Positions 41,301 to 50,841 of a stretch of DNA of 64,000 bases are shown in pieces (positions within the stretch are counted from its first letter, which is position 1; every line of letters starts with the position of its first letter). The DNA is from Candidatus Woesebacteria bacterium (GTDB lineage: Bacteria > Patescibacteriota > Microgenomatia > UBA1400 > UBA12108): contig JAGOVG010000002.1 of NCBI GenBank assembly GCA_018060845.1, positions 23,581 to 87,580 on the forward strand. The letters run 5' to 3'. Below the pieces are notes generated by a model. It was not told the DNA's origin and did no database searches. It worked only from the letters and a program-made list of their open reading frames with translations. Position numbers and translations under genes: made by a program.

Positions 41301-42174
41301 GTTGAACACCAACAACAAATCTAATAGCGTGAAATCCCGACGCACGTCGGGACCAGTCGCCTCAGCCATCCTCGCTGCCTACAATTGTGACAAGAGTATA
41401 GTCCCAGCTATCTCCTCCCTCCTGACACAAACTATGGAGATCGAGATTATAGTAGTGGACGATGGTAGTACCGATAAGACCAGTGAGATACTCAAGCAGT
41501 TCCCAAGCTTAATCTGTCTCAATCAGTCGCACCAGGGACCAGCTAAGGCTCGCAACCTAGGGGCAGCGCATACGAACTCCGAGATTCTGCTCTTTGTTGA
41601 TGCCGATATGACCTTCGCTCCAGACTACGTCGAGACATTGATCAAGCCAATATTAAATAATGAAGCTAAGGGTACATACTCAGTCAAAGAGCTGGTCGCC
41701 AACTGGGAGAGTCCGCTTGCTCGTTGCTGGAATATTCAAGAAGGCTGGGCAGACACACTTCGCTTCCCCCCCAATCCTCCAAAATATGGCACAGACTATC
41801 GTGCGATCCTCAAATCCGAGTTTGATAGGGTAGGTGGGTTTGACAACATTGGATACACCGATACTTGGAGTCTGTTTAACAAGTTAGGAGTCAGACCTCT
41901 ATCAACCCAGGCAGTTTGCTACCACAAAAACCCAGATAGTATGGCCGCAGTCTATCGTCAAGCTCGTTGGGCAGCTAAGCGTCCCTACAAACATGGATAC
42001 CTAGGGTTCCTCTATGCACTTATTCGCACTTCATTGCCAGTTTCGGTCTGTATTGGCTTGTACAAATCAATCAGGCATCAAAACCTTCACTTCTTTTTTT
42101 TCAAAATAGTATATGACTTCGGTCGTTTTGTTGGTATCCTCGAGATGCTCTCTACTGGTAAACTAAGTAAATAG
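41284..42174 (+). CDS. GT2 family glycosyltransferase
   Basis: IIVVDDGSTDKTSEIL, FVDADM (DxD). Confidence 0.7.
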   Translation: MTSSSKLNTNNKSNSVKSRRTSGPVASAILAAYNCDKSIVPAISSLLTQTMEIEIIVVDDGSTDKTSEILKQFPSLICLNQSHQGPAKARNLGAAHTNSEILLFVDADMTFAPDYVETLIKPILNNEAKGTYSVKELVANWESPLARCWNIQEGWADTLRFPPNPPKYGTDYRAILKSEFDRVGGFDNIGYTDTWSLFNKLGVRPLSTQAVCYHKNPDSMAAVYRQARWAAKRPYKHGYLGFLYALIRTSLPVSVCIGLYKSIRHQNLHFFFFKIVYDFGRFVGILEMLSTGKLSK

Positions 42175-42175
42175 T

Positions 42176-43522
42176 ATGGTTTACATCCTAGGGCTCGCAC
42201 TTATTCTAAGACTAGTGTTAATCAACCAATCACTTTGGTTAGACGAGGCGATCGAGGCACTCGCCCTGATGGGGCGCATGGGGCCGCTGCTTACATATGC
42301 CCTCGCAGACTTTCAGCCGCCCTTCTACCATCTCATTGGTTGGCTCTGGACTAGTATGGCTGGCTACAGCGAATTAGCCCTCCGCACACCATCGCTCCTA
42401 GCTGGTCTAGGTATCGTCTACTTTGCTGCCAGACTAGGTAAAGAGTTTGGAGGCAAAAAGATAATGTATCTAGCTGGACTACTAACAGCCACCAACCCGC
42501 TCCTTATTTATTACTCTCAAGAGGGTAGGACATATGGTCTAACCACTTTTTTTGTTACTGCCGCTATCTACTATTTCTACAAGGTACTTACCAATCCCAA
42601 AAACAAACTATTTACTATTTACTATGTACTATTCACCGTCGCGTTCCTCTGGACCTCCTACCTCTCCTGGTTCCTCCATCTTGCACTCTTTGTCTATGCG
42701 CTATTCCTCAGGCGCCGTGACCTAATAATATCTCAGATTCTAGCTGGTCTAACACTTATTTTTTGGTTACCATCACTCATCAGTTCGCTCGGTATAGGGC
42801 TCAGCACGGTCGCAAGTAGTCCAGAGTGGGGGAGCATTGTGGGTGGGATATCGCTCAAGGCTCTAGCTCTCACCTGGGTCAAAGCCAATATTGGCAGGAT
42901 AAGCATAGAAAGCGATCTCTTATATGGCACAGTTGCAGTCTCCCTACTCTCACTTCATATATTTGTCTTGTCCAGGGTCAAACTCAAGTCGTATCTCTCA
43001 AACAAAAACTACCAACTCCTCTTGGTCTGGCTCTCGGCCGTCCCAATCGCTGCGGCCGCCTCCCTCATTCTCCCTGTCTATAGCTACACTCGTATCATGT
43101 TTGTAGTCCCAGCATATTTACTAGTATTAGCACTAGCTCTATCACACACTAGGCTCCGATATGCTGCACTCATTATTTCACTTCAGCTACTCTCACTCGG
43201 CTACTTTTGGGTCAATCCTGAGTTTCATCGAGAGGGCTGGCGAGAAGTTGTTAGAGATCACGGCCGAGGTGCTACCTATGCGCTCCCTAGTCGTGCGCAG
43301 AACGCGCCTTTACTATACTATGGTGTGCCACGTTCCCAGATTATCGAACCAAAAACAAATGTAGAACTAAAGTCAAAGAGCATTATTTATATAAAATATG
43401 CCGAAGAAGTTTTTGACTCGTCGCATGTAGGGGGGAATAACCTAATCGAGGCAGGCTATACGCTCGGGAGTCAAAAAGTGTATCCTGGATTACAGTTAGA
43501 TTTATATGAAAATAACAATTGA
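42176..43522 (+). CDS. Polytopic membrane glycosyltransferase, GT-C fold (PMT/ArnT-like)
   Basis: 448 aa. LWLDEAIEALAL loop-1 motif. Multi-TM. Confidence 0.6.
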   Translation: MVYILGLALILRLVLINQSLWLDEAIEALALMGRMGPLLTYALADFQPPFYHLIGWLWTSMAGYSELALRTPSLLAGLGIVYFAARLGKEFGGKKIMYLAGLLTATNPLLIYYSQEGRTYGLTTFFVTAAIYYFYKVLTNPKNKLFTIYYVLFTVAFLWTSYLSWFLHLALFVYALFLRRRDLIISQILAGLTLIFWLPSLISSLGIGLSTVASSPEWGSIVGGISLKALALTWVKANIGRISIESDLLYGTVAVSLLSLHIFVLSRVKLKSYLSNKNYQLLLVWLSAVPIAAAASLILPVYSYTRIMFVVPAYLLVLALALSHTRLRYAALIISLQLLSLGYFWVNPEFHREGWREVVRDHGRGATYALPSRAQNAPLLYYGVPRSQIIEPKTNVELKSKSIIYIKYAEEVFDSSHVGGNNLIEAGYTLGSQKVYPGLQLDLYENNN

Positions 43523-44594
43523 CGTCTCTCAGATGGCTTATTCGGGTACTGGCGTAGGTCGCTATACCTTTGAGCTAGTCAAAGCTCTACTAAGTTTACC
43601 CTCTAGGCACGAGTTCATCCTCTGGGCTGGGGTGCGCAAACAGCGCTTTTATTTTGAGGCACTCCAAAAAACTGCGCCTTGGAATAAAGCGACCTGGGTC
43701 TATTCTCACCTTTCACCTAAGCTAGCGGGAGTGCTCTTTAATTATTCTCCACTGCATCTAGAGTATCTTAGCGGTGAGACAGATCTCATCCATCTCTCAG
43801 ACTGGACTGCTCCTGTTACTCGTGTACCAACAGTCACGACCATTCATGACCTGGCTTACGCCAAATATCCAGAGACTGTTCATCCTCTTATTAGACACAC
43901 TCAATCACTTAGACTCTCTCGGATCGTCAAACACGGCAACCATATTATTGCAGACTCACTGAGTACAAAAAATGATCTCATCGAAAAATATCAACTACTA
44001 GACTCACAAATAGACGTTGTTTATCCAGGTCTAAGTCAGGAATATTTCCCTCAATCAGAGTTAGAAATTGAACGAGTGAAAACTAAATATAACTTGCCTA
44101 ATAAATTTGTCCTTAGCCTTGGTACTCAGGAACCACGCAAAAATCTAGAACGTCTTATCCAAGCTACAGCTGGTCTGTCGATCCCTCTCGTCATCGCTGG
44201 TAAATACGGTTGGGGCAAAAAGATCGAAAACCCGTCACATGTAACTGTGCTCGGTTTTGTAGACGAAGCTGATCTACCTGCACTCTATAGTAGTGCGACG
44301 GTTTTTTGCTACCCATCACTATATGAAGGGTTTGGTTTCCCCGTGCTCGAAGCTATGGCCTGCGGCACCCCGGTCGTGACCAGTAATATTAGCTCACTCC
44401 CCGAGGTGACGGGTGAGGCAGCTGTCTTAGTAGACCCATTAAATATAGAGTCTATTAGGTCTGGTATTGAGCAAGTAATAGATTCAAGTGAAAACATGAC
44501 CACAAAAGGTATTCGACATGCCAAAATGTTTAGTTGGGAAGTAACTGCTAGACAAGTTATGACAATCTATGAAAAGCTAGGTAATAAGAAATAG
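43506..44594 (+). CDS. GT4 family glycosyltransferase
   Basis: MKITIDVSQ..GVGRYT N-terminus. EGFGFPVLEAMACGTPVVTSNISSLPEV. Confidence 0.8.
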   Translation: MKITIDVSQMAYSGTGVGRYTFELVKALLSLPSRHEFILWAGVRKQRFYFEALQKTAPWNKATWVYSHLSPKLAGVLFNYSPLHLEYLSGETDLIHLSDWTAPVTRVPTVTTIHDLAYAKYPETVHPLIRHTQSLRLSRIVKHGNHIIADSLSTKNDLIEKYQLLDSQIDVVYPGLSQEYFPQSELEIERVKTKYNLPNKFVLSLGTQEPRKNLERLIQATAGLSIPLVIAGKYGWGKKIENPSHVTVLGFVDEADLPALYSSATVFCYPSLYEGFGFPVLEAMACGTPVVTSNISSLPEVTGEAAVLVDPLNIESIRSGIEQVIDSSENMTTKGIRHAKMFSWEVTARQVMTIYEKLGNKK

Positions 44595-44601
44595 GTACTT
44601 T

Positions 44602-45711
44602 ATGACTCAAAAAATTGGTATCGATGTTAACGAGGCAAACGTTGGTAGTAGGGTAGGTACTGGACAATATACTTATCATATCCTCAAGAGATTAAAAGAC
44701 ATTTCACCTCAGACTGATTTTCATCTTTACCACCGTGATCGACTGGTCTCGGATATGCCCACAGAGGGTTCCAACTGGCATTACCATCATGTTGGCCCAG
44801 CACGTGTATGGCTCAGGCTAGGTCTCCCACTAAATCTCTTTATCACCCGCGCCCACTATGACTCGTTCTGGTCACCCGCCCACAATGCTCCATACTATGT
44901 TGGTAGTCCGTCGGTAGTCACGATTCATGACCTCGCGTATGAGTACTTTCCTGATTTATTTCTTAAGAGCGATCTCTACAAACTAAAAAACTGGACTCGT
45001 ACAGCAGTCAAGGCTGCGGCTCGTGTGATCGCAGTTTCTCAGGCCACCAAAGACGATCTGGTTAAGCTGTATGGTACCGACCCCAACAAAATCACAGTCA
45101 TTCACAATGGCTACGACTCAGATATTTTTAATACTAAAACAAAAATCAAATCTTCACATCTAGATAACTTTAACCTTGTCCCTTTCAACTATCTTCTCTT
45201 CCTCGGTACCATCCAGCCTCGCAAAAACGCTATCAAGCTAGTTCAAGCTTTTCGACTCCTCAAAGAAAAGGGGTACAAAGGCAAGTTGGTTTTGGCCGGC
45301 AAAATAGGATGGATGTCAGAAGAGTCGCTGCAGGTTATTAAAAACTCGCAGGATGCCAAAGATATTGTCATGACAGACTACGTTAGCGACGAGACGCGCC
45401 TCGCACTATATCGTGGCGCCGACGTCTATGTCCTACCGTCTCTTTACGAAGGGTTTGGAGTGCCAGCAATCGAAGCAATGGGTTGCGGAGCACCGGTTGC
45501 AGTCTCAAACAATAGCAGTCTCCCCGAAGTAGTTGGAGATGCTGGGGTATTGTTTGACGAGCGCGACCCAGCAGATATCTCAAGGGCAATTATGGAGCTC
45601 AAAAAAGACCGTGATACCTGGTCCAAAAAATCTCTAAATCGAGCCAAACAATTCTCCTGGGACAAATGTGCCAAGGAAACTCTCGATGTATTACTAGGAA
45701 AACAAATATGA
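44602..45711 (+). CDS. GT4 family glycosyltransferase
   Basis: EGFGVPAIEAMGCGAPVAVSNNSSLPEV. Paralog of the 43506 gene. Confidence 0.8.
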   Translation: MTQKIGIDVNEANVGSRVGTGQYTYHILKRLKDISPQTDFHLYHRDRLVSDMPTEGSNWHYHHVGPARVWLRLGLPLNLFITRAHYDSFWSPAHNAPYYVGSPSVVTIHDLAYEYFPDLFLKSDLYKLKNWTRTAVKAAARVIAVSQATKDDLVKLYGTDPNKITVIHNGYDSDIFNTKTKIKSSHLDNFNLVPFNYLLFLGTIQPRKNAIKLVQAFRLLKEKGYKGKLVLAGKIGWMSEESLQVIKNSQDAKDIVMTDYVSDETRLALYRGADVYVLPSLYEGFGVPAIEAMGCGAPVAVSNNSSLPEVVGDAGVLFDERDPADISRAIMELKKDRDTWSKKSLNRAKQFSWDKCAKETLDVLLGKQI

Positions 45712-46214
45712 TTAACTGCACATTTGAAAACGGCAACGTTGCACTCCCAGGTATTAGGCACGTCACTACCTCTAACATTATTTTGAATGATAAGAATCAG
45801 GTAATAATGTGTTTGCGAGGTTCAAAAAATGGCATACCAATACTAGAGAGCGGAAAATGGGGACTACTAGGTGGCTTTGTAGATCGTGACGAAACTGTCT
45901 CTGAATCAGTTAGACGTGAGGTAATGGAAGAATCTGGCTGGACGATTGATGATGTATCCTTATTCTGCATTAACGATAACCCCAACCGTCCCAAAGAAGA
46001 TCGCCAGAATATCGATTTTGTCTATATTGCCCGGGTAGTTAGTCAAAAAGAAGTTATCGACGAAGAAGTCAGAGAACTCCGCTGGTTTGATCTAGACAAG
46101 TTGCCGCCCGATGACCAGATCGCCTTTGACCACTCACTCGCACTAAAGCTATACAAAAAGCATCTAAAAAATCCTCTCGTCCTACCCATCTTTGGGTATG
46201 GTGCGCTAGAATAG
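45708..46214 (+). CDS. NUDIX hydrolase (nucleotide-sugar/GDP-mannose hydrolase-like)
   Basis: GGFVDRDETVSESVRREVMEESG is a Nudix box (G-x5-E-x7-REuxEExGu). ATG 45708 forms ATGA with the upstream stop. The track start at 45666 lies inside the upstream gene. Confidence 0.7.
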   Translation: MINCTFENGNVALPGIRHVTTSNIILNDKNQVIMCLRGSKNGIPILESGKWGLLGGFVDRDETVSESVRREVMEESGWTIDDVSLFCINDNPNRPKEDRQNIDFVYIARVVSQKEVIDEEVRELRWFDLDKLPPDDQIAFDHSLALKLYKKHLKNPLVLPIFGYGALE

Positions 46215-46218
46215 ACAT

Positions 46219-46827
46219 ATGAACTTCCCCCTCAAAGACAAACACGGCAAGAGTTATACCTGGAGCGAGGCCTTTTTTGGCAAGGCAATCCCGAGACTCG
46301 AGTCGTATCTCCTCGACTTTACACTCATGTGCTTGGATGTAACTACTCACATCCCCAGCCATACTCTCCGTAACTTTATCTGGCGCAGTGTCGGGATTAA
46401 GATGGGTGCTAACTCCACACTCCATACAGGCGTCAGGGTATACGACCCTCGCAATATCAAGATCGGGGAGGGGACTATCATCGGCCGCGGTGTCTTTATC
46501 GATGGCAGAGATATGGTAACTATCGGCAGTCACACCAGCATCGCGAGCGAGGTCATGATCTATAGCAGTGAACATGATCTAGCTGCTACTGATTTTCGCG
46601 CAGTTAGTGAGCCAGTCAAAATCGGCGACTACGTCTTTATCGGCCCACGAGCGATCATCCTCCCAGGTGTCAGTATCGCTGATCGCGCTGTTGTTGGAGC
46701 TGGAGCAGTCGTCACCAAAGATGTCATGGAGGGCGAGATAGTAGGTGGTGTCCCTGCAAAACTAATTGGAGAGCGCAAACTAAAGAAAGCCAACTATCGC
46801 CTAGGTCGCTTTAAACTATTCCAATGA
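46219..46827 (+). CDS. Sugar O-acetyltransferase, left-handed beta-helix (hexapeptide-repeat) family (WbbJ/WcaF/LacA-like)
   Basis: Repeating [LIV]-G-x-x-x-x hexapeptides (IGEGTIIGRGVFIDG, IGDYVFIGPRAIILPGVSIADRAVVGAGAVV). Confidence 0.75.
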   Translation: MNFPLKDKHGKSYTWSEAFFGKAIPRLESYLLDFTLMCLDVTTHIPSHTLRNFIWRSVGIKMGANSTLHTGVRVYDPRNIKIGEGTIIGRGVFIDGRDMVTIGSHTSIASEVMIYSSEHDLAATDFRAVSEPVKIGDYVFIGPRAIILPGVSIADRAVVGAGAVVTKDVMEGEIVGGVPAKLIGERKLKKANYRLGRFKLFQ

Positions 46828-47756
46828 ACAAATTAGTCTCAATCATTATTGTCTCCTACAACACAGCTAATCTGACTCAAAAATGCGTAAAACATGCACT
46901 TGCGAGCTCGGGAATAGATGCAGGCCAGCTCGAAATAATCGTCGTCGATAATAATAGTAGCGACAATACCATCCAGCTTCTCAAAAAATCTTATCCAGAT
47001 ATAAAAATAATTAGTAGCCCCAAAAATCTCGGCTTTGGTGGCGGCAACAACCTCGGTGCTAAACATGCTACAGGGGAGTATGTTCTCCTCCTCAATACCG
47101 ACGCCTTCCTCAATCCGGGTTCACTCTCCGAACTCGTAACCGTGTTGGACAAAAACAAATCTATCCTAGCTGTCGCCCCCAAATTGACGTACGAAGATGG
47201 TCAAATACAGCAGTCAGTCGGTTACTTTCCAACACTTGCTAGGGTTGTGGGCTGGATGTGGGGACTAGACAAGTTACCAGGGATCAAGCTCCTATTCCCG
47301 ACTCCATACCACTTTTATGACGTATCCAAATATAACAAAGATCTCTCCCCAGATTGGCTAATGGGTGCCTGTGTCCTTGTGCGTAAAGACGCATATCTCA
47401 GTGTGGCTGGGTTCGATGAGAAAATCTTTATGTACGGCGAAGAAGTCGAGCTATTTTACCGCTTAAAAAAGAAGCATCCTGATCAATTTGTGCGTCTTGT
47501 CACGTCTGTATCTGTTACCCACCTAGGCTCATATAGCTCAAATGCCGCAAATACTTCTAGACTATTGTCAGAGCTCGACGGTATTATCACTTTTTATAAT
47601 CTGCATTTCCCGAGCCTTACATGGGTGATTAAATGGGTCATTAATCTCGGGGTAATCATGCGGATTATTATCTTTAGTCTAATCCCAGCAAAGCGGAGTA
47701 GTGCAGGGCAATACCTTAGCTATCTTGGACAAGCCAAGCAGAGCCGGGTACAATAA
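46824..47756 (+). CDS. GT2 family glycosyltransferase
   Basis: VSIIIVSYNTANL, IIVVDNNSSDNT, FGGGNNLGAK, LLNTDAF. Confidence 0.75.
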   Translation: MNKLVSIIIVSYNTANLTQKCVKHALASSGIDAGQLEIIVVDNNSSDNTIQLLKKSYPDIKIISSPKNLGFGGGNNLGAKHATGEYVLLLNTDAFLNPGSLSELVTVLDKNKSILAVAPKLTYEDGQIQQSVGYFPTLARVVGWMWGLDKLPGIKLLFPTPYHFYDVSKYNKDLSPDWLMGACVLVRKDAYLSVAGFDEKIFMYGEEVELFYRLKKKHPDQFVRLVTSVSVTHLGSYSSNAANTSRLLSELDGIITFYNLHFPSLTWVIKWVINLGVIMRIIIFSLIPAKRSSAGQYLSYLGQAKQSRVQ

Positions 47757-47761
47757 ACGCT

Positions 47762-49426
47762 ATGCGGCGCATCTTAGCCTGGTTAGACAACAATCTCCTT
47801 ACACTCCTGACTGGTTTTTTGATTGTTTTTATTCCACTATATCCAAAGATCCCGATGGCCGAGCTCATCCAGGGTTATATCGTGCGCATGCGACTCGAAG
47901 ATTTAGTAGTTATGGCAACGAGTATACTCTGGCTTGTCCAGCTCCTGAGGCGCCGGGTAAGTTTGCCTAAAAATTACCTCACCGTCACGATCCTCGCGTA
48001 TCTTGGTTTTGCGCTCTTATCTGTCCTCTCGTCCCTCTTTATTACCGAATCAACTCCTCTAGAGAAAGCGCATGTTCTCAAGCTAATCCTCCATTACTTT
48101 AGGCGTATCGAGTATTTTGCTCTATTCTTTATTACCTATAGCGCGATCAGGACCAAAAAAGATCTAAATCTATTCTTAAAAGTCGCTCTTATCACAACTG
48201 TTGGTATCGTGCTCTACGGGATCGGTCAAAAATACTTTTACTTTCCCGCATTCTCTACCATGAACAGGGAGTTTAGCAAAGGTGTGAGACTTTATCTCCA
48301 GCCCAATACTCGGCTCTTTAGTACCTTTGGTGGTCACTATGACCTAGCTGGGTACTTAACCATCGCCTTGAGTTTCGTCCTCCCCGCCGCTTATTTGGCC
48401 AAGCAAAAACTCGCGAAGTTTGGCTTCTATACTCTCTCTGTGATCGCCTACTGGTGTTTGGTCTTAACTACCTCACGTACCTCATTCATTGGCTATCTTG
48501 TAGGCACCACTATTATTTGTTATCTATTAGTCAAATATCGTGGCTGGTGGTGGAGCATACGGCACTACATCCTCACTATGTTTATGAGTCTGCTAATCAT
48601 GTTTAGCTTTAGTACGCTCCTTGAGCGCTTTACCCAGGTTATTCCTGACCAAAAAACCCGTGATACTATCCTCACTCTCCAAAAAATAATCAATCAGCCA
48701 TTTGTCAGTGAGCCTCAAGGTAAAGATACAGTTGCAGAATTGCCTAGTCTCTTCGCGTTTATTTTTAACAACAAACAACTCAAAACCATTGATCTAACCG
48801 ATGCCGAAAAAACTCAGCTCGATATAGTCGCCTCTAGTTCCGATATGCCACCAAGTCCAGTCAAGCCTACACCGACCCCTCGCTCTGATCTCCCGACCGA
48901 TGTAAGCGATGAGTCTGAGGCTATTAGAGTCCAAACCGCAGAAGATGAGGGGCGGGAGTATACAGGACCACAATATAGCGCCAACGCCCTCAAATACGGA
49001 CTATCCATGGGTATTAGACTAGACGTTCTCTGGCCTAACGCCATCCGAGGTTTTATGACCAACCCACTCCTCGGTACCGGGTATGCGACACTGGTTAAGA
49101 GCAATGTAGGTGAGTTTACTTATGCCGAGAGTACAGACAATGACTATCTACGAATGCTGGGGGAGACTGGGATACTAGGTACTATCGCCTTCCTCTCAAC
49201 TATCTATCTAGTAATCAAATATAGCTACCAAATACTCAAAACAAATAATGACAAGGTAGACCTCCTGGCGCTCGGCGCAATCGGGGCCACTGTCGCACTC
49301 CTAGTGACCGCTACCTACATCGACATTTTTGAGAGCAGCAAAGTAGCCTATACGTACTGGATGCTAGCCGGCATGGTAGCTTACCGCTACGACAACTTAG
49401 CGAGTGTTAAGGATAAAAAGAAATGA
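47762..49426 (+). CDS. O-antigen ligase/polymerase-like (Wzy_C domain) membrane protein with Pro-rich periplasmic insert
   Basis: 554 aa, multi-TM. LTTSRTSFIGYLVG resembles the Wzy_C core. Insert DMPPSPVKPTPTPRSDLPTD. Confidence 0.5.
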   Translation: MRRILAWLDNNLLTLLTGFLIVFIPLYPKIPMAELIQGYIVRMRLEDLVVMATSILWLVQLLRRRVSLPKNYLTVTILAYLGFALLSVLSSLFITESTPLEKAHVLKLILHYFRRIEYFALFFITYSAIRTKKDLNLFLKVALITTVGIVLYGIGQKYFYFPAFSTMNREFSKGVRLYLQPNTRLFSTFGGHYDLAGYLTIALSFVLPAAYLAKQKLAKFGFYTLSVIAYWCLVLTTSRTSFIGYLVGTTIICYLLVKYRGWWWSIRHYILTMFMSLLIMFSFSTLLERFTQVIPDQKTRDTILTLQKIINQPFVSEPQGKDTVAELPSLFAFIFNNKQLKTIDLTDAEKTQLDIVASSSDMPPSPVKPTPTPRSDLPTDVSDESEAIRVQTAEDEGREYTGPQYSANALKYGLSMGIRLDVLWPNAIRGFMTNPLLGTGYATLVKSNVGEFTYAESTDNDYLRMLGETGILGTIAFLSTIYLVIKYSYQILKTNNDKVDLLALGAIGATVALLVTATYIDIFESSKVAYTYWMLAGMVAYRYDNLASVKDKKK

Positions 49427-50841
49427 AAAAATTTAACTTAATTATAATCTTCGTCATCATGGCACTCGGGGCTGCACTCCGACTATACCGACTAGACGCC
49501 CCTCTAGCCGACTGGCATAGTTGGCGACAGACTGATACAGCTAGCGTCGCCCGGGAATATGTAAAAAATGGTATAGACCTAATGCACCCCACTTACCATG
49601 ATCTTAGTAGCATCCCATCGGGGTTAGATAATCCAAATGGCTACCGCTTTGTTGAGTTCCCGATCATAAGTGCTCTCCATGCTACACTCGCCAAAAACTA
49701 TCCTGCACTCAGTCTTGTAGAGTGGGGTAGATTTCTCTCAGTGATAGCTTCTTCGATCTCAATAGGCTTGATCTATCTAATCATGAAGACCGTTAGTGGC
49801 AACTTAGCTGCCATGGTTGCAGCCCTGGTCTATGCCACACTCCCTTACAATATTTTTTATGGTCGTGTCATCCTACCCGAGCCACATCTTGTCTTATTTA
49901 TGCTTACTGCCCTGTATGCCTTTATTCGCTATTACGAAACGGGCAAAATAATCTCTCTCATTTTCTACACTATCACCATGACCCTAGCGGTACTTATGAA
50001 ACCGACAGCACTAGTAGTAGCGATCCCAATCGCGCTTTATGGACTATTTGGAACTAAAGTTAATTTGAAGAGGTTGGGAGTAGTTGCCTTAGTGAGTGCT
50101 CTTTCAGTCTTGCCTTATGCATGGTGGCGCAGCTACGTGGCTAGCTATCCCGCTGGTATCCCCGCTAACGCTTGGCTATTTAATGGTAATGGGATTAGGT
50201 TCAAAGGAGCCTGGCTCCGCTGGCTCTTTGGCGATCGCATCGGTCGCCTAATCATGGGCTACTGGGGTATGATCCCGCTTGGTTTTGGGCTGTTGGCCAT
50301 AGGTCAAAAAAAGTCTGAGACCACGATTGTTGGCGGCCTCGCACTCGCTAGTCTCATATATATGACTGTTATCGCAACTGGCAATGTTCAGCACGATTAC
50401 TATCAGATCCAGATCATCCCGAGCTTGGCCATGCTGATCGGGGTCGGTGTTAGCTACGTCTATACTCTTCGCAAAACATTATTATCAAAGATAACTTTAA
50501 CCTTTTTACTTGTCCCTTGTTACTTAATTGCTCTCGCTCTCGGTTGGTACGAAGTCAGGGGTTACTTTAATATCAATAACCCAGCCATCGTGGCTGCAGG
50601 AGAGCGGATCGATGCAATCACAAATGCCGATGCCAAAGTCATCGCTCCTTACATGGGCGATACAGCATTTCTTTTTCAGACAAACCGGACTGGCTGGCCG
50701 ATCGGTGGGGATATAGATCTAAAGATAAAATCAGGTGCTAGTTATTATGTAACCACGACTCGGGACGCCGAATACCAGGAGCTAAAAAAGAAATACACTT
50801 TAGTCGAAGAAACCGATCAGTACAGCATAATTAAGCTATGA
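49423..50841 (+). CDS. Polytopic membrane glycosyltransferase, GT-C fold (ArnT-like, GT83/GT39-type)
   Basis: 472 aa. DWHSWRQTDTASVAREY loop. About 11 TM helices. ATGA overlap. Confidence 0.6.
   Translation: MKKFNLIIIFVIMALGAALRLYRLDAPLADWHSWRQTDTASVAREYVKNGIDLMHPTYHDLSSIPSGLDNPNGYRFVEFPIISALHATLAKNYPALSLVEWGRFLSVIASSISIGLIYLIMKTVSGNLAAMVAALVYATLPYNIFYGRVILPEPHLVLFMLTALYAFIRYYETGKIISLIFYTITMTLAVLMKPTALVVAIPIALYGLFGTKVNLKRLGVVALVSALSVLPYAWWRSYVASYPAGIPANAWLFNGNGIRFKGAWLRWLFGDRIGRLIMGYWGMIPLGFGLLAIGQKKSETTIVGGLALASLIYMTVIATGNVQHDYYQIQIIPSLAMLIGVGVSYVYTLRKTLLSKITLTFLLVPCYLIALALGWYEVRGYFNINNPAIVAAGERIDAITNADAKVIAPYMGDTAFLFQTNRTGWPIGGDIDLKIKSGASYYVTTTRDAEYQELKKKYTLVEETDQYSIIKL

Noticed and set aside
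1581-50841. Oligosaccharyltransferase (PglB/AglB/STT3) among the GT-C proteins, prompted by the many N-x-T sequons in the 36389 protein
   Set aside because: None of the GT-C-like proteins shows the WWDYG or DK/MI motifs or the about 700-aa STT3 architecture. The sequon richness is better explained by the Asn/Thr-rich composition of the domain.
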